A program made the position numbers and the translations under genes. Below are positions 38,198 to 47,262 of a stretch of DNA of 64,000 nt, one piece after another. Source of the stretch: Roseithermus sacchariphilus (lineage in GTDB: Bacteria; Bacteroidota; Rhodothermia; Rhodothermales; MEBIC09517); assembly GCA_003285105.1 (NCBI GenBank), contig CP030158.1, positions 851,447 through 915,446 on the forward strand, written 5' to 3'. The notes below the pieces were generated by a model that saw only the letters and a list, made by a program, of their open reading frames with translations, ran no database searches and was not told the origin of the DNA. Numbering within the stretch: the stretch's first letter is position 1; every line of letters starts with the position of its first letter.

Positions 38198-39316
38198 ATG
38201 ATCGGCACGCGTTTCCTGTTCGCATCCGCCCGAGGCGGCACCCGGGCCCCGGGCGGTACCCGCCGCGCCCGGGGCGCCCTCCTGCTGCTGATCGCCGGCC
38301 TGCTGGCCGGCTCCGCCGCGCCGGCACAGGCACAGAAAAACCCGGACGACAACCTGCAGAAGCTGGCGCAGACCGGCATGAAGTTTCTGAGCGTGTCGGT
38401 CGACCCGCGCATGGCGGCGCTCGGGGATGCCGTCACGGCGCTCGAGGGGGAGGTCACGTCGCTCTTCTACAACCCGGCCGGCATGGCCACGCAGACCCGC
38501 GCGCTGTCGGTGACGGCGGCGCAGGTCGGCTGGATCGCCGACATCAGCTACAACAACGTCGGGCTGGCCTTTCGGCCCTTCGGCGGGCGCCTCGGCGTCG
38601 TTGGCCTGACGCTCACCGCGGTGGACTACGGCGAGATCAAGGCCACCGTCCGGGCGGACAACGAGCAAGGGTTCGAGCGGCTGCCCAACATCAAGCCGAC
38701 GGCGCTCGCGCTCGGCGTCGGCTATGCGCGGTCGCTGACGGACCGGTTCGCCGTGGGCGGGCACGTCAAATGGGTGCAGCAGGACCTCGGCCGCAGCGCC
38801 ATGCAGCGCACCGCCACCGGCTTCACCCTGCAGGACAATGCGGTGAGCGTGCTGGCCTTCGACTTCGGGATGCGCTACCGCACCGGGTTCCGCAGCCTCA
38901 CCTTCGCCATCGCCGCACGCAACTTCGCCGAGGAGGTCGTCTACGAAGAGGAAAGCTTCCAGCTGCCGCTGGCCCTCCGCATCGGCATGGCGATGAACCT
39001 GATCGACCTGACCTCGGCCGACCCGTCCGTCCATGCCCTCGTGCTCTCGGTGGACGCCGAGACGCCGCGGGACTACGACGAGCAGATCAAGATCGGCGGG
39101 GAGTACACCTTCATGCAGACGGTCTCGCTGCGGGCCGGCTACGTCTTCCCGACCGACCAGCAGGGGGTCAACCTCGGGCTGGGCGTCCAGCAGGACCTCG
39201 GCGGGCTGTTCTTCGGCGTCGATTATGCCTACACGGACTTCGGCGTCTTCAACGAGTCGGCCAGCCTCTACGGCGTCTCGGGCGTGCACCGCGTGGCCGT
39301 GCGCCTCTCGCTCTAG
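38198..39316 (+). CDS. Outer-membrane beta-barrel protein, PorV/PorQ-like (T9SS shuttle family).
   Basis: Signal peptide. About 370 aa of alternating beta-strands (FadL-like). C-terminal VAVRLSL. Sits amid T9SS cargo genes. Confidence 0.5.
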   Translation: MIGTRFLFASARGGTRAPGGTRRARGALLLLIAGLLAGSAAPAQAQKNPDDNLQKLAQTGMKFLSVSVDPRMAALGDAVTALEGEVTSLFYNPAGMATQTRALSVTAAQVGWIADISYNNVGLAFRPFGGRLGVVGLTLTAVDYGEIKATVRADNEQGFERLPNIKPTALALGVGYARSLTDRFAVGGHVKWVQQDLGRSAMQRTATGFTLQDNAVSVLAFDFGMRYRTGFRSLTFAIAARNFAEEVVYEEESFQLPLALRIGMAMNLIDLTSADPSVHALVLSVDAETPRDYDEQIKIGGEYTFMQTVSLRAGYVFPTDQQGVNLGLGVQQDLGGLFFGVDYAYTDFGVFNESASLYGVSGVHRVAVRLSL

Positions 39317-39378
39317 CGCCCGGCGGCCTCGCGCCCCTCGCCGGGCCACCCCGGCCGGTTTCACCTACGTTCGACATC

Positions 39379-40554
39379 ATGATGTACCCGCGCTACCTGC
39401 TCCTCCTCCCCGTGCTGCTGCTCCTCGGCTGTGACACCGGGCCGGCGGACAGCCTCTACGATCCGGACCGCACGTTGCCGCCGGACCCCGTCGTGAGCAG
39501 CCTCGACCCGCCGGATCGGGCGCTGGCCGGGGTCGATGAGGTCACCATCTCCGGCGCGAACTTCTCCGCCACGCCCTCGGACAACCTCGTCTACTTCGGG
39601 GCCCTCCGGGCCGAGTTGCTGGCCGCCTCGCCCACGGAACTCGTCGTTCGCGCGCCCAACCTGCCCTTCGAGCCGACGCTCAGCCGCTCGCAGGAAACCT
39701 ACGAGATGAAGGTGGCCGTGATCGGGGCGGAGGGCTTCAGCGAGCCGCGCGCCTACACGCTGGAAGCCGTCGCCGTCGACTTCGCCGACATCAAGGACTT
39801 CGAGGAAGCCTTCGCCATCACGTCCGACGACGAAGGCAACCTCTACGTCTCGCTCTTTGCGAACAACGCCTCCGCCGGCATCAAACGCATCGCGCCGACG
39901 GGGGAACGGTCCGACTACATTGCCTCGACGTTCAAATGGGACGGGCTGGCCTTCGACGCCGCCGGGCAGCTCTACGGCGTCCGCAACGTCCGCGCGGTCT
40001 TCCGCTTCCCGGCCGGCGGCGGGGCGCAGGAAACCTGGGCCGTCATCGCCGACCGCTCGGTGCGCCTGACGGCGATCACCGTCGACGAAGCCGGCAACGT
40101 GTGGACCGGCGGTCCCAACGCCCACCTGTACCGCATCACGCCGGAGGCGAGCATCAGCGAATTCCCGTTCGAGGCGACCGTGCGGGCCCTCGCCGCCTTC
40201 GGCGGGCATCTGTACGCGGCGGCCGAGGTCGAGGGCACCAGCGCCATCTACCGCTTCCCGATGACGGCCGACGGCCTCGGGGCACCGGAGACGTTCTTCG
40301 CCTTCGAGGACGCCTTCGGGGCGACGGCCCTCGCCCTGGCCTTCACCGCGGAAGGCGACCTCATCGTCGGCTCCGACGCCGCCGACCCGCTGGTGCTCAT
40401 CACGCCGGCGGGCGATGGAGCCCCGCTCTTCCCGGGGGTCCTGCGCCCCACCGCCGGCGCCCTGGCCTGGGGAGCCGGCACACGGCTCTATGTGCGGCAG
40501 GATGGCACCTCGTCCGAGATTCTGGTCGTCAACACCCTGCGCGAGGGGGCCTGA
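39379..40554 (+). CDS. Lipoprotein with IPT/TIG-like and beta-propeller-like repeats.
   Basis: Lipobox LLLLGCDTG. IPT-like segment VVSSLDPPDRALAGVDEVTISGANF. Repeated YG/LY-containing blades. Confidence 0.5.
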   Translation: MMYPRYLLLLPVLLLLGCDTGPADSLYDPDRTLPPDPVVSSLDPPDRALAGVDEVTISGANFSATPSDNLVYFGALRAELLAASPTELVVRAPNLPFEPTLSRSQETYEMKVAVIGAEGFSEPRAYTLEAVAVDFADIKDFEEAFAITSDDEGNLYVSLFANNASAGIKRIAPTGERSDYIASTFKWDGLAFDAAGQLYGVRNVRAVFRFPAGGGAQETWAVIADRSVRLTAITVDEAGNVWTGGPNAHLYRITPEASISEFPFEATVRALAAFGGHLYAAAEVEGTSAIYRFPMTADGLGAPETFFAFEDAFGATALALAFTAEGDLIVGSDAADPLVLITPAGDGAPLFPGVLRPTAGALAWGAGTRLYVRQDGTSSEILVVNTLREGA

Positions 40555-40655
40555 TCCCCTTCTTTTGAGCTAGAAATCTCGTATTATCAGTTAGTACTCC
40601 GGGGACCTACCAGCCCCATTTTGCACTATCACTCCCATCAACCTGATTCAAGGCC

Positions 40656-42047
40656 ATGAGAAAACATCTACTGCTTCTGGGCATGCTGCTTGCACTTCCT
40701 ACGGCGGTCTTCGCCCAGTGGGAGTTCCAGGCCGTCTTCCCCCCGGACCCCAGTCTGCAGATCCGCTCCACGCACGGTATTGCGGTGGACCCGGACGGCA
40801 AAATCTGGGTGCAACCTTATTATGCTTCGGATAGCGTGCGTGTTGACATCTTCGTGGGAGAGAGCGATAGCGGCTATCGCGCGACCCGAGTGCTCTACGT
40901 GTTTAACCCGGACGGTTCGCAGGCTGAATTCTCGCCCATCAAGTTCATCGATCTGCCCGGGGGCGAGCGCGATACGCTCGGTGGCTACGTCGGGCTCGAT
41001 TCCAACGGCGACAAGACGTGGGTGGGCCGCGAGGGCCGCGGACTGCGGGCTGACGCCGATGGTAACATCCTGGTGGTGCAAAACAACCGGCTGTACCGGC
41101 TCAATTATAAAACCGGCGAAGGCATGAACCGGCTCATCACGGACGTAGGGCCGCTGGCTGCGCCTGCCGTGGCGATGGAAACCGGCAACATTTTCGTCGC
41201 CCCCGTCGTCCCGGGTGGGCCGATCGTGGAGTATGCGCCGGACTTCTCGGTGATCGGCAATGCCATCGATGAGTCCGTCGGGTTCTCGCGCTCGTTTGAG
41301 GTGTCGCCGGACGGCAACCGGATCTTCTGGGCGGGCTACGACCTCGGTGGCGTCATCGAGTATGCACGTATAGACGAGTTTTCCAGCTTTGATTCGGTCG
41401 GCGTCGTGATTCCGGGGGTTGCTTCCGAGTCCATGACGTTCAACCCGGCCACCGGGTATCTGTGGGTCGCCGCCGGCTCGCCGAACGATCGGCCGAACAC
41501 CCTCGAAGGCTTCAACACGAACTGGCTCATGCAGACGTGGTACGCCTTCGACATCAATGACCTCGTGCCGAACACCGTGCCGGAGCCCAAGGGCAGCCTC
41601 ACCTGGTCGAACGACGAGGCGATCTACGAGGGCTTCGTCGACGGCCGCCCGCGCGGGCTTGCCTTCTCGCCGGACGGCAACACGGCCTACGTCGCGCAGT
41701 TCAGCCAGATCGCGCCGTCGGTGCAGGTCTTCACGCGCGCCGAAGGGGTTGCCCTCCCGGTGGACCGGCTCGACGAGGTGCCCACGAAGTTCGCGCTGAA
41801 ACAGAACTACCCGAACCCGTTCAATCCCAGCACGAAGATCGAGTTTGCGCTGACGCAGCCGGGCCACGCGCGCCTGGCGGTCTACGACGTGCTGGGCCGG
41901 GAGGTCGCCGTGCTCGTCGATGAGCCGCTGACGGCCGGGACGTACACGAAGACGTTCGACGCGCGCAACCTGCCCTCCGGTATGTACCTCTACACGCTGG
42001 ACGTGGACGGGCAGCGCCTCAACGGTACGATGACGCTGCTCCGCTAA
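40656..42047 (+). CDS. Secreted protein with a T9SS C-terminal sorting domain.
   Basis: Signal peptide. C-terminal LKQNYPNPFNPSTKIEFALTQPGHARLAVYDVLGREVAVLV...GMYLYTLDVDGQRLNGTMTLLR. Confidence 0.75.
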   Translation: MRKHLLLLGMLLALPTAVFAQWEFQAVFPPDPSLQIRSTHGIAVDPDGKIWVQPYYASDSVRVDIFVGESDSGYRATRVLYVFNPDGSQAEFSPIKFIDLPGGERDTLGGYVGLDSNGDKTWVGREGRGLRADADGNILVVQNNRLYRLNYKTGEGMNRLITDVGPLAAPAVAMETGNIFVAPVVPGGPIVEYAPDFSVIGNAIDESVGFSRSFEVSPDGNRIFWAGYDLGGVIEYARIDEFSSFDSVGVVIPGVASESMTFNPATGYLWVAAGSPNDRPNTLEGFNTNWLMQTWYAFDINDLVPNTVPEPKGSLTWSNDEAIYEGFVDGRPRGLAFSPDGNTAYVAQFSQIAPSVQVFTRAEGVALPVDRLDEVPTKFALKQNYPNPFNPSTKIEFALTQPGHARLAVYDVLGREVAVLVDEPLTAGTYTKTFDARNLPSGMYLYTLDVDGQRLNGTMTLLR

Positions 42048-42082
42048 CGCGAAGCGTGACGCCTTCCCTCCTTCTTCACACA

Positions 42083-42118
42083 GGGCATCCGGGCCGCCCC
42101 CGGGTGCCCTTTTTTTCA
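42083..42118 (+). terminator. Rho-independent terminator.
   Basis: Hairpin GGGCATCCGGG ccgcc CCCGGGTGCCC followed by TTTTTTT, 36 nt after the stop of the preceding gene. Confidence 0.75.
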
Positions 42119-42150
42119 GCGGTCAGCTTTCAGCGATCAGCTTTTCTTAT
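42111..42150. repeat. Short heptamer run (GGTCAGC/TTTCAGC/GATCAGC) of the same family as the 26.4-kb and 62.55-kb arrays.
   Basis: Seen directly: tttttcagcggtcagctttcagcgatcagcttttc. Confidence 0.7.
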
Positions 42151-42172
42151 CCTGACGGCTGTCCCTCACCCC

Positions 42173-44056
42173 ATGAAAACATCGAACCCGATGCGTGTCG
42201 TTTGTTACGGGTGGATCGCCGGGCTTCTCCTCATGGCCGTGCTGGCCGGGAGCGTCCGGGCCCAGTGGCGCCTGGATCGCGTCACCGTGTACCCGAAGGA
42301 AGAATTCCGCGGCGCCTGGATTGCGACGGTGAACAACCTGGACTGGCCCCGCACCACCTCGACCTCCGCGCAGCAGGCCGAGCTGGTGGCGCTGCTGGAC
42401 GGGCTGAAGGCGGCCGGGATCAACGCCGTGTTTTTCCAGATCCGCCCGGCGTGTGATGCCTTCTACGCGTCCTCGTACGAACCCTGGTCGGCCTGGCTCA
42501 CCGGCACGCAGGGGCAACCCCCCGAGCCTTTTTACGACCCCCTCGCCTTTGCCATCGAGGAGGCCCACAAACGCGGGATGGAACTGCACGCGTGGTTCAA
42601 CCCCTTCCGTGCCGTCATCGGCAGCGCGCCGCTGGCCGACACCCACATCGCCGAGACGCATCCCGAATGGATCCTGGAATTCGACGGCCTGGAGATCCTC
42701 AACCCCGGCATCCCGGACGTCCGCAGCTACATCGCTGACGTCATCATGGACGTCGTGACGCGGTACGACGTCGACGGCGTGCACTACGACGACTACTTCT
42801 ATCCCTACCCGCCCAACCAGATCACCAACGAGGATCAGGAGACGTATGCCACCTATGGCGGCGGGTTCGCCAGCATCGACACCTGGCGGCGCTACAACAT
42901 CAACATGTTCGTCCGCACCGTGCACGAGCGCCTCACGGCGTATGAGGCCGAGACGGGCCGCGTCGTCAAGCACGGCGTCAGCCCCTTCGGCATCTGGAAG
43001 AGCGGGGTCCCCTCGGGCATCCGTGGGCTCTCGGCCTACGACGTGATCTACGCGGACGCGCCGAACTGGCTGGCGCAGGAGTGGATCGACTACCTCGTGC
43101 CGCAGCTCTACTGGCCCTTCGGCGGCGGGCAGGACTACGGCAAGCTCGCGCCGTGGTGGGCCACGCAGATGAACGGGCGCCATCTCTACCCCGGACACGG
43201 ACTGTACCGCGCCGACCGCAACACGTACAGTTCCGGCACGCTGTTCGCCGCCGACGAGGTCCCGCGGCAGGTGCGGTTCAACCGGGCGCAGGACGGCATC
43301 CACGGCAGCGTCTTCTTCCGCGCACTCAACCTCACCCGCTACCGCTCCAGGGGCTTCGCCGACAGCCTCCGCACCGACCTGTACCGTTACCCGGCGATTC
43401 CGCCCTCGATGGCGTGGAAGGACCTGACGCCGCCCCCCGCGCCCGACGCGCTGACCTTTACCTGGACGGCCGACGACGAGGTGACGCTCGACTGGGCGCC
43501 GCTACCGGCCAAGACGGGCCAGGCCGCACCGTGGCGCTATGCCGTCTACCGCGTCCGCAGCAGCACCCCGCCGGACGTCGCCACGGTGCAGCAGGACGCC
43601 CGGAATCTGCTTGCCGTCACCGGCGGCACCTCGCTCACCGACCGTCCCGGCCTGGCCGACGAGCCGTACTACTACTTCGTCACCGCGCTGAGCGGCAACT
43701 CGGTGGAGAGCGAGCCGAGCCCGCTGGTCAGCGTCGAAGGCCGGGCCGTATCCACCGAGCCCGTGACCCTGCCGGTGGCCTTCGTGCTGGAGCCGAACTA
43801 CCCGAACCCCTTCAACCCGAGCACCGAGATCCGCTTCACGCTGGCCCGGTCGGCTTCGGTGACGTTGACCGTCTACGACGCCCTCGGCCGGGAGGTCGCC
43901 CGGCTGGTGGACGGCCAGCACCTCGCGGCGGGGCCGTACGCCGTGCGCTGGGACGGCACCGACGCCCATGGCCGGCCGGTGAGCAGCGGCACGTACTTCT
44001 ATCAACTCACCGACGGCACGCACCGCCAGACCCGCTCGATGGTGCTGGTCAAGTAG
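42173..44056 (+). CDS. Glycoside-hydrolase-like-10 (GHL10/DUF4015-type TIM barrel) protein with an Fn3-like domain and a T9SS C-terminal domain.
   Basis: Signal peptide. FRGAWIATVNNLDWP...GINAVFFQIRP...HAWFNPF. C-terminal LEPNYPNPFNPSTEIRFTL...GTYFYQL... CTD. Confidence 0.7.
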   Translation: MKTSNPMRVVCYGWIAGLLLMAVLAGSVRAQWRLDRVTVYPKEEFRGAWIATVNNLDWPRTTSTSAQQAELVALLDGLKAAGINAVFFQIRPACDAFYASSYEPWSAWLTGTQGQPPEPFYDPLAFAIEEAHKRGMELHAWFNPFRAVIGSAPLADTHIAETHPEWILEFDGLEILNPGIPDVRSYIADVIMDVVTRYDVDGVHYDDYFYPYPPNQITNEDQETYATYGGGFASIDTWRRYNINMFVRTVHERLTAYEAETGRVVKHGVSPFGIWKSGVPSGIRGLSAYDVIYADAPNWLAQEWIDYLVPQLYWPFGGGQDYGKLAPWWATQMNGRHLYPGHGLYRADRNTYSSGTLFAADEVPRQVRFNRAQDGIHGSVFFRALNLTRYRSRGFADSLRTDLYRYPAIPPSMAWKDLTPPPAPDALTFTWTADDEVTLDWAPLPAKTGQAAPWRYAVYRVRSSTPPDVATVQQDARNLLAVTGGTSLTDRPGLADEPYYYFVTALSGNSVESEPSPLVSVEGRAVSTEPVTLPVAFVLEPNYPNPFNPSTEIRFTLARSASVTLTVYDALGREVARLVDGQHLAAGPYAVRWDGTDAHGRPVSSGTYFYQLTDGTHRQTRSMVLVK

Positions 44057-44094
44057 CCCACACCGTCGGAGCTGCTGTGCGCTCGGTGTGGTTC

Positions 44095-44721
44095 TCAGGC
44101 GCTCCGGGCCGGTCGCGGTGCGTCGAAGACGGCCAGGGCTTCGTCGTAGCGGTTCACCCACGTGGCGGGCGCCGTGCGGCTGTACCGGCGGACGAGCACG
44201 TCGGCCTCGTCGTCCAGCACGACGTGGACGGCGTCGGCGTCCGGCCCGGGATCAGCGTCCCGCACCGCCGGCGCAGCGAGCGTCCGCAGGTTGACGTGCC
44301 CCCGGTGGCTGAACAACCCCGGCTCCCACCGGGCGATGAGGTGGAGCACCTCGTGCGGATGCTCCAGCACGTCCGCCCCGCGCAGCCGGTAGAGCGTGTC
44401 CACGGCGCCAGAGCCCACCACCAGCGCATCGCGCAAGGCCTCCTGCCGCTCGTCCGCCCCGGCCTCCAGGTCGCCGATCTCGAAGGCGATGCGGCGACCG
44501 TTCTGCTCGACGACGAAGTCGACCCAGCACGGCGCGCACGGGGTGACGGCCCGGGCCTGATACAGCACGGCGTCGACCGGGTTGAGGTACTTGATCAGAT
44601 GCCAGATGAAGGTGTCCTCCAGCGGCCGCTCGTACGGCGGGTCGTAGAACAGCGACGGATCCAGACGCAGCCGGGCCGCGCCATGCCGCGCCGATGAGCC
44701 CGTGGGATTGATATGTTGCAT
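44095..44721 (-). CDS. Hypothetical protein, possibly restriction-endonuclease-like fold.
   Basis: 208-aa ORF. WVDFVVEQNGRRIAFEIGD is reminiscent of a PD-(D/E)xK core. No firm family assignment. Confidence 0.4.
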   Translation of the reverse strand: MQHINPTGSSARHGAARLRLDPSLFYDPPYERPLEDTFIWHLIKYLNPVDAVLYQARAVTPCAPCWVDFVVEQNGRRIAFEIGDLEAGADERQEALRDALVVGSGAVDTLYRLRGADVLEHPHEVLHLIARWEPGLFSHRGHVNLRTLAAPAVRDADPGPDADAVHVVLDDEADVLVRRYSRTAPATWVNRYDEALAVFDAPRPARSA

Positions 44722-44955
44722 CTCCGTAGCGGGTAGGTGTCACGGTTCGGGGGATACCAGGCGGTACCATCCCCAACCTATGAACCGCCGGTGACATCAT
44801 AGTGTCACCCCCTGAATGCGGGAGCGTACACGCCCGAACGACGTCGCCATCGCCCCCTCCGGTCCGATGTCTGTCCGGGCCGCAATATTCCGCTTCGGGC
44901 GGACGTTTAGCGAGAAAGCCGGGCATCCTGCACATCATCACACGGGAGGGGAGCC

Positions 44956-47193
44956 ATGCGAGGCACACTACGCATCATCGCGCTGCTGCTGGGGAGTGGC
45001 CTGTTCGCGGTCGCCGGCCGGGCCCAGGGCGTCATCGTCCTGCCGGATCGACACCCGGCCCCGCTGGAGCTGCGCACCCACCGGGTGGACGCCCGGATCG
45101 AGGACGAGATCGCCGTCGTCACCGTCACGCAGACGTTCTACAACCCCGGCGGCGGGACCGTCGAGGGGACGTTCCTGTTTCCGCTACCGCCGGGGGCGCA
45201 GGTCTCCCGCTTTTCGATGACGGTGGACGGCAGGGAGATGACCGGCGAACTGCTGGAGGCCGACGAGGCCCGGGCCATCTACGAGGAGATCGTCCGCCGC
45301 AGCCTCGACCCGGCCCTGCTGGAGATGGCGGATTACCGCACCTTCCGGGCGCGCATCTTCCCGATTCCGGGCCGGGCCGAACGCACCATCACGCTGCGCT
45401 ATGACGCCGCCCTGGAGCGGGAGGGCGACCTCGTCACCTTCCGGTACCCGATGCAGGGCCACCTCGCCACCCGCCATACCGGCGCCGTGCCGCTGCCGCG
45501 CCCCATCGACCCGCGCTGGCCGCAACCGGAACGCCCCGACGCGCCCGACGCCGTCCCGACCGAGAGCACCGTCCATATCACGCTGGCGACGAGCACCGGG
45601 CTGACCAACGTCTACTCGCCCTCGCACGAGGTGCGCGTAGACCGGTCGGGCCGTCGGACGGCCACGGTGACGCTGGAGCAACCCCGCCTGGACGGGCGCG
45701 ATTTCGTGCTCTACTACAGCCTCGACCCGAGCCCCCTCGGCGCGACGCTGCTTGCCCACCGCCCCTACGGCGATCGCCCCGGCTACTTCCTGCTGCTCGT
45801 CTCGGCGCCGGCCGAGCTCGACGAGGCCCGCATCCCGCCGAAGGACATCGTGTTCGTCCTGGACACCTCCGGTAGCATGGCCGGGGAGAAGATGGCGCAG
45901 GCCCGCGAGGCCCTGCGCTACTGCCTCCAGCGCCTCGGCCCGCACGACCGCTTCGGGCTCGTCGCCTTCAGCTCGGACGTGGACGCCTTCCGCGATTCGC
46001 TCGTGACGACCGCCATGCGGGACGACGCGCTGTTCTTCGTCGACCAGCTCGAAGCGCGCGGCGGCACGAACATCAACGCGGCGCTGCTGACGGCCCTGGA
46101 GATGCTGGACGACAGCGACCACGGCCAGGTCATCTTCCTCACCGACGGGCTCCCGTCGACCGGTGTGCGGGACGAAGGCCAGATCCGCCGGAACGTCGCC
46201 GAGGCCAACGACGGCGGCGTGCGGCTCTTTGCCTTCGGCGTCGGCTACGACGTCAACACGCGGCTGCTCGATGGGCTCTCGCAGGCCACGGGCGCCTTTG
46301 CCGACTACATCTCGCCCGAGGAACACATCGAGGAACGCATCGGCGCGTTCTACGACAAGGTGCGCTTCCCGGTGATGACCGACCTCGCGCTGGAGGCCGA
46401 CGGCGGAGACGTCTTCGCCCTGACGCCGGGCACGTTGCCGGACCTCTACCGGGGCGGGCGGCTGCTGGTCGCGGGGCGTTACCGGCAGCCGGGCGACCTC
46501 CGCCTCACGCTGCGCGGCCGCCTTGGCGATGCAGCCGAGACGCTGCGGTACACCTTCGAACTGCCGCGCATCGAGCGCGAGCGGGACTTCGTCGCCCGGC
46601 TCTGGGCCACGCGGCGCGTCGGGGCGCTGCTGGACGAGATGCGCCTCCACGGTGAGAACGAGGAGCTGAAGGAGGAGGTCATCGCCCTCGCCAGGGAGTT
46701 CGGCATCGTCACGCCCTATACCTCCTACCTCGTGACGGAGGATGAAGCGCTGGCGGTGCACCCGCCGGGCACGCCGCGTGGAGGCCCGGCCAGGCCTCTG
46801 CGGTTCGATGCCGCCGCTCCGACGGCAGACCTCCGCGCCACCAGCGGCGAGGAGGCCGTGGCCATGAGCAAGGCCACCCGCGCCATGCAGGAAGCCGAGG
46901 TCGTCGCCCCGGCGGCACCGTCGGTCCTGACCACCGTCCTCGGCCGGACGCTGCGCCGGATGCCAGACGGCGCCTGGGCCGACGTCGACGCCGACCCGGA
47001 GGCCGCCGACGCCGTTCGCATCGCGTTTGCCTCGGACGCGTACTTCGCGCTCCTGCGGCTCCATCCCGAGCTGCGCGAAGCGGCCCGGCTCGGCCCGCAC
47101 GTCACCATCGCGTTCCGGGGTCGCGTCCTGGTGATCGCGGAAGACGGGGAGAACCTGTCCGAGACGGCGCTGCGGCAGGCGTTCGGCGGGTGA
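44956..47193 (+). CDS. Secreted VIT-domain plus von Willebrand factor A domain protein.
   Basis: Signal peptide. The N-terminal domain has a VIT-like profile. vWA MIDAS motif VFVLDTSGSMAG...TNINAAL...IFLTDGLPSTG. Confidence 0.8.
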   Translation: MRGTLRIIALLLGSGLFAVAGRAQGVIVLPDRHPAPLELRTHRVDARIEDEIAVVTVTQTFYNPGGGTVEGTFLFPLPPGAQVSRFSMTVDGREMTGELLEADEARAIYEEIVRRSLDPALLEMADYRTFRARIFPIPGRAERTITLRYDAALEREGDLVTFRYPMQGHLATRHTGAVPLPRPIDPRWPQPERPDAPDAVPTESTVHITLATSTGLTNVYSPSHEVRVDRSGRRTATVTLEQPRLDGRDFVLYYSLDPSPLGATLLAHRPYGDRPGYFLLLVSAPAELDEARIPPKDIVFVLDTSGSMAGEKMAQAREALRYCLQRLGPHDRFGLVAFSSDVDAFRDSLVTTAMRDDALFFVDQLEARGGTNINAALLTALEMLDDSDHGQVIFLTDGLPSTGVRDEGQIRRNVAEANDGGVRLFAFGVGYDVNTRLLDGLSQATGAFADYISPEEHIEERIGAFYDKVRFPVMTDLALEADGGDVFALTPGTLPDLYRGGRLLVAGRYRQPGDLRLTLRGRLGDAAETLRYTFELPRIERERDFVARLWATRRVGALLDEMRLHGENEELKEEVIALAREFGIVTPYTSYLVTEDEALAVHPPGTPRGGPARPLRFDAAAPTADLRATSGEEAVAMSKATRAMQEAEVVAPAAPSVLTTVLGRTLRRMPDGAWADVDADPEAADAVRIAFASDAYFALLRLHPELREAARLGPHVTIAFRGRVLVIAEDGENLSETALRQAFGG

Positions 47194-47262
47194 GCGGAGA
47201 GCGGAGAAGGGAGCGCACGCTTCCTGCCGGCGCCCCCTCGCTCCGCTCGCCGCTTCGCCTCA
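47194..47262. terminator. Possible bidirectional terminator (imperfect long inverted repeat) between convergent genes.
   Basis: GTGAGCGGAGAGCGGAG...CGCTCCGCTCGCCGCTTCGCCTCAC lies between the stops of the vWA gene (+) and the CHRD gene (-). Confidence 0.35.
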
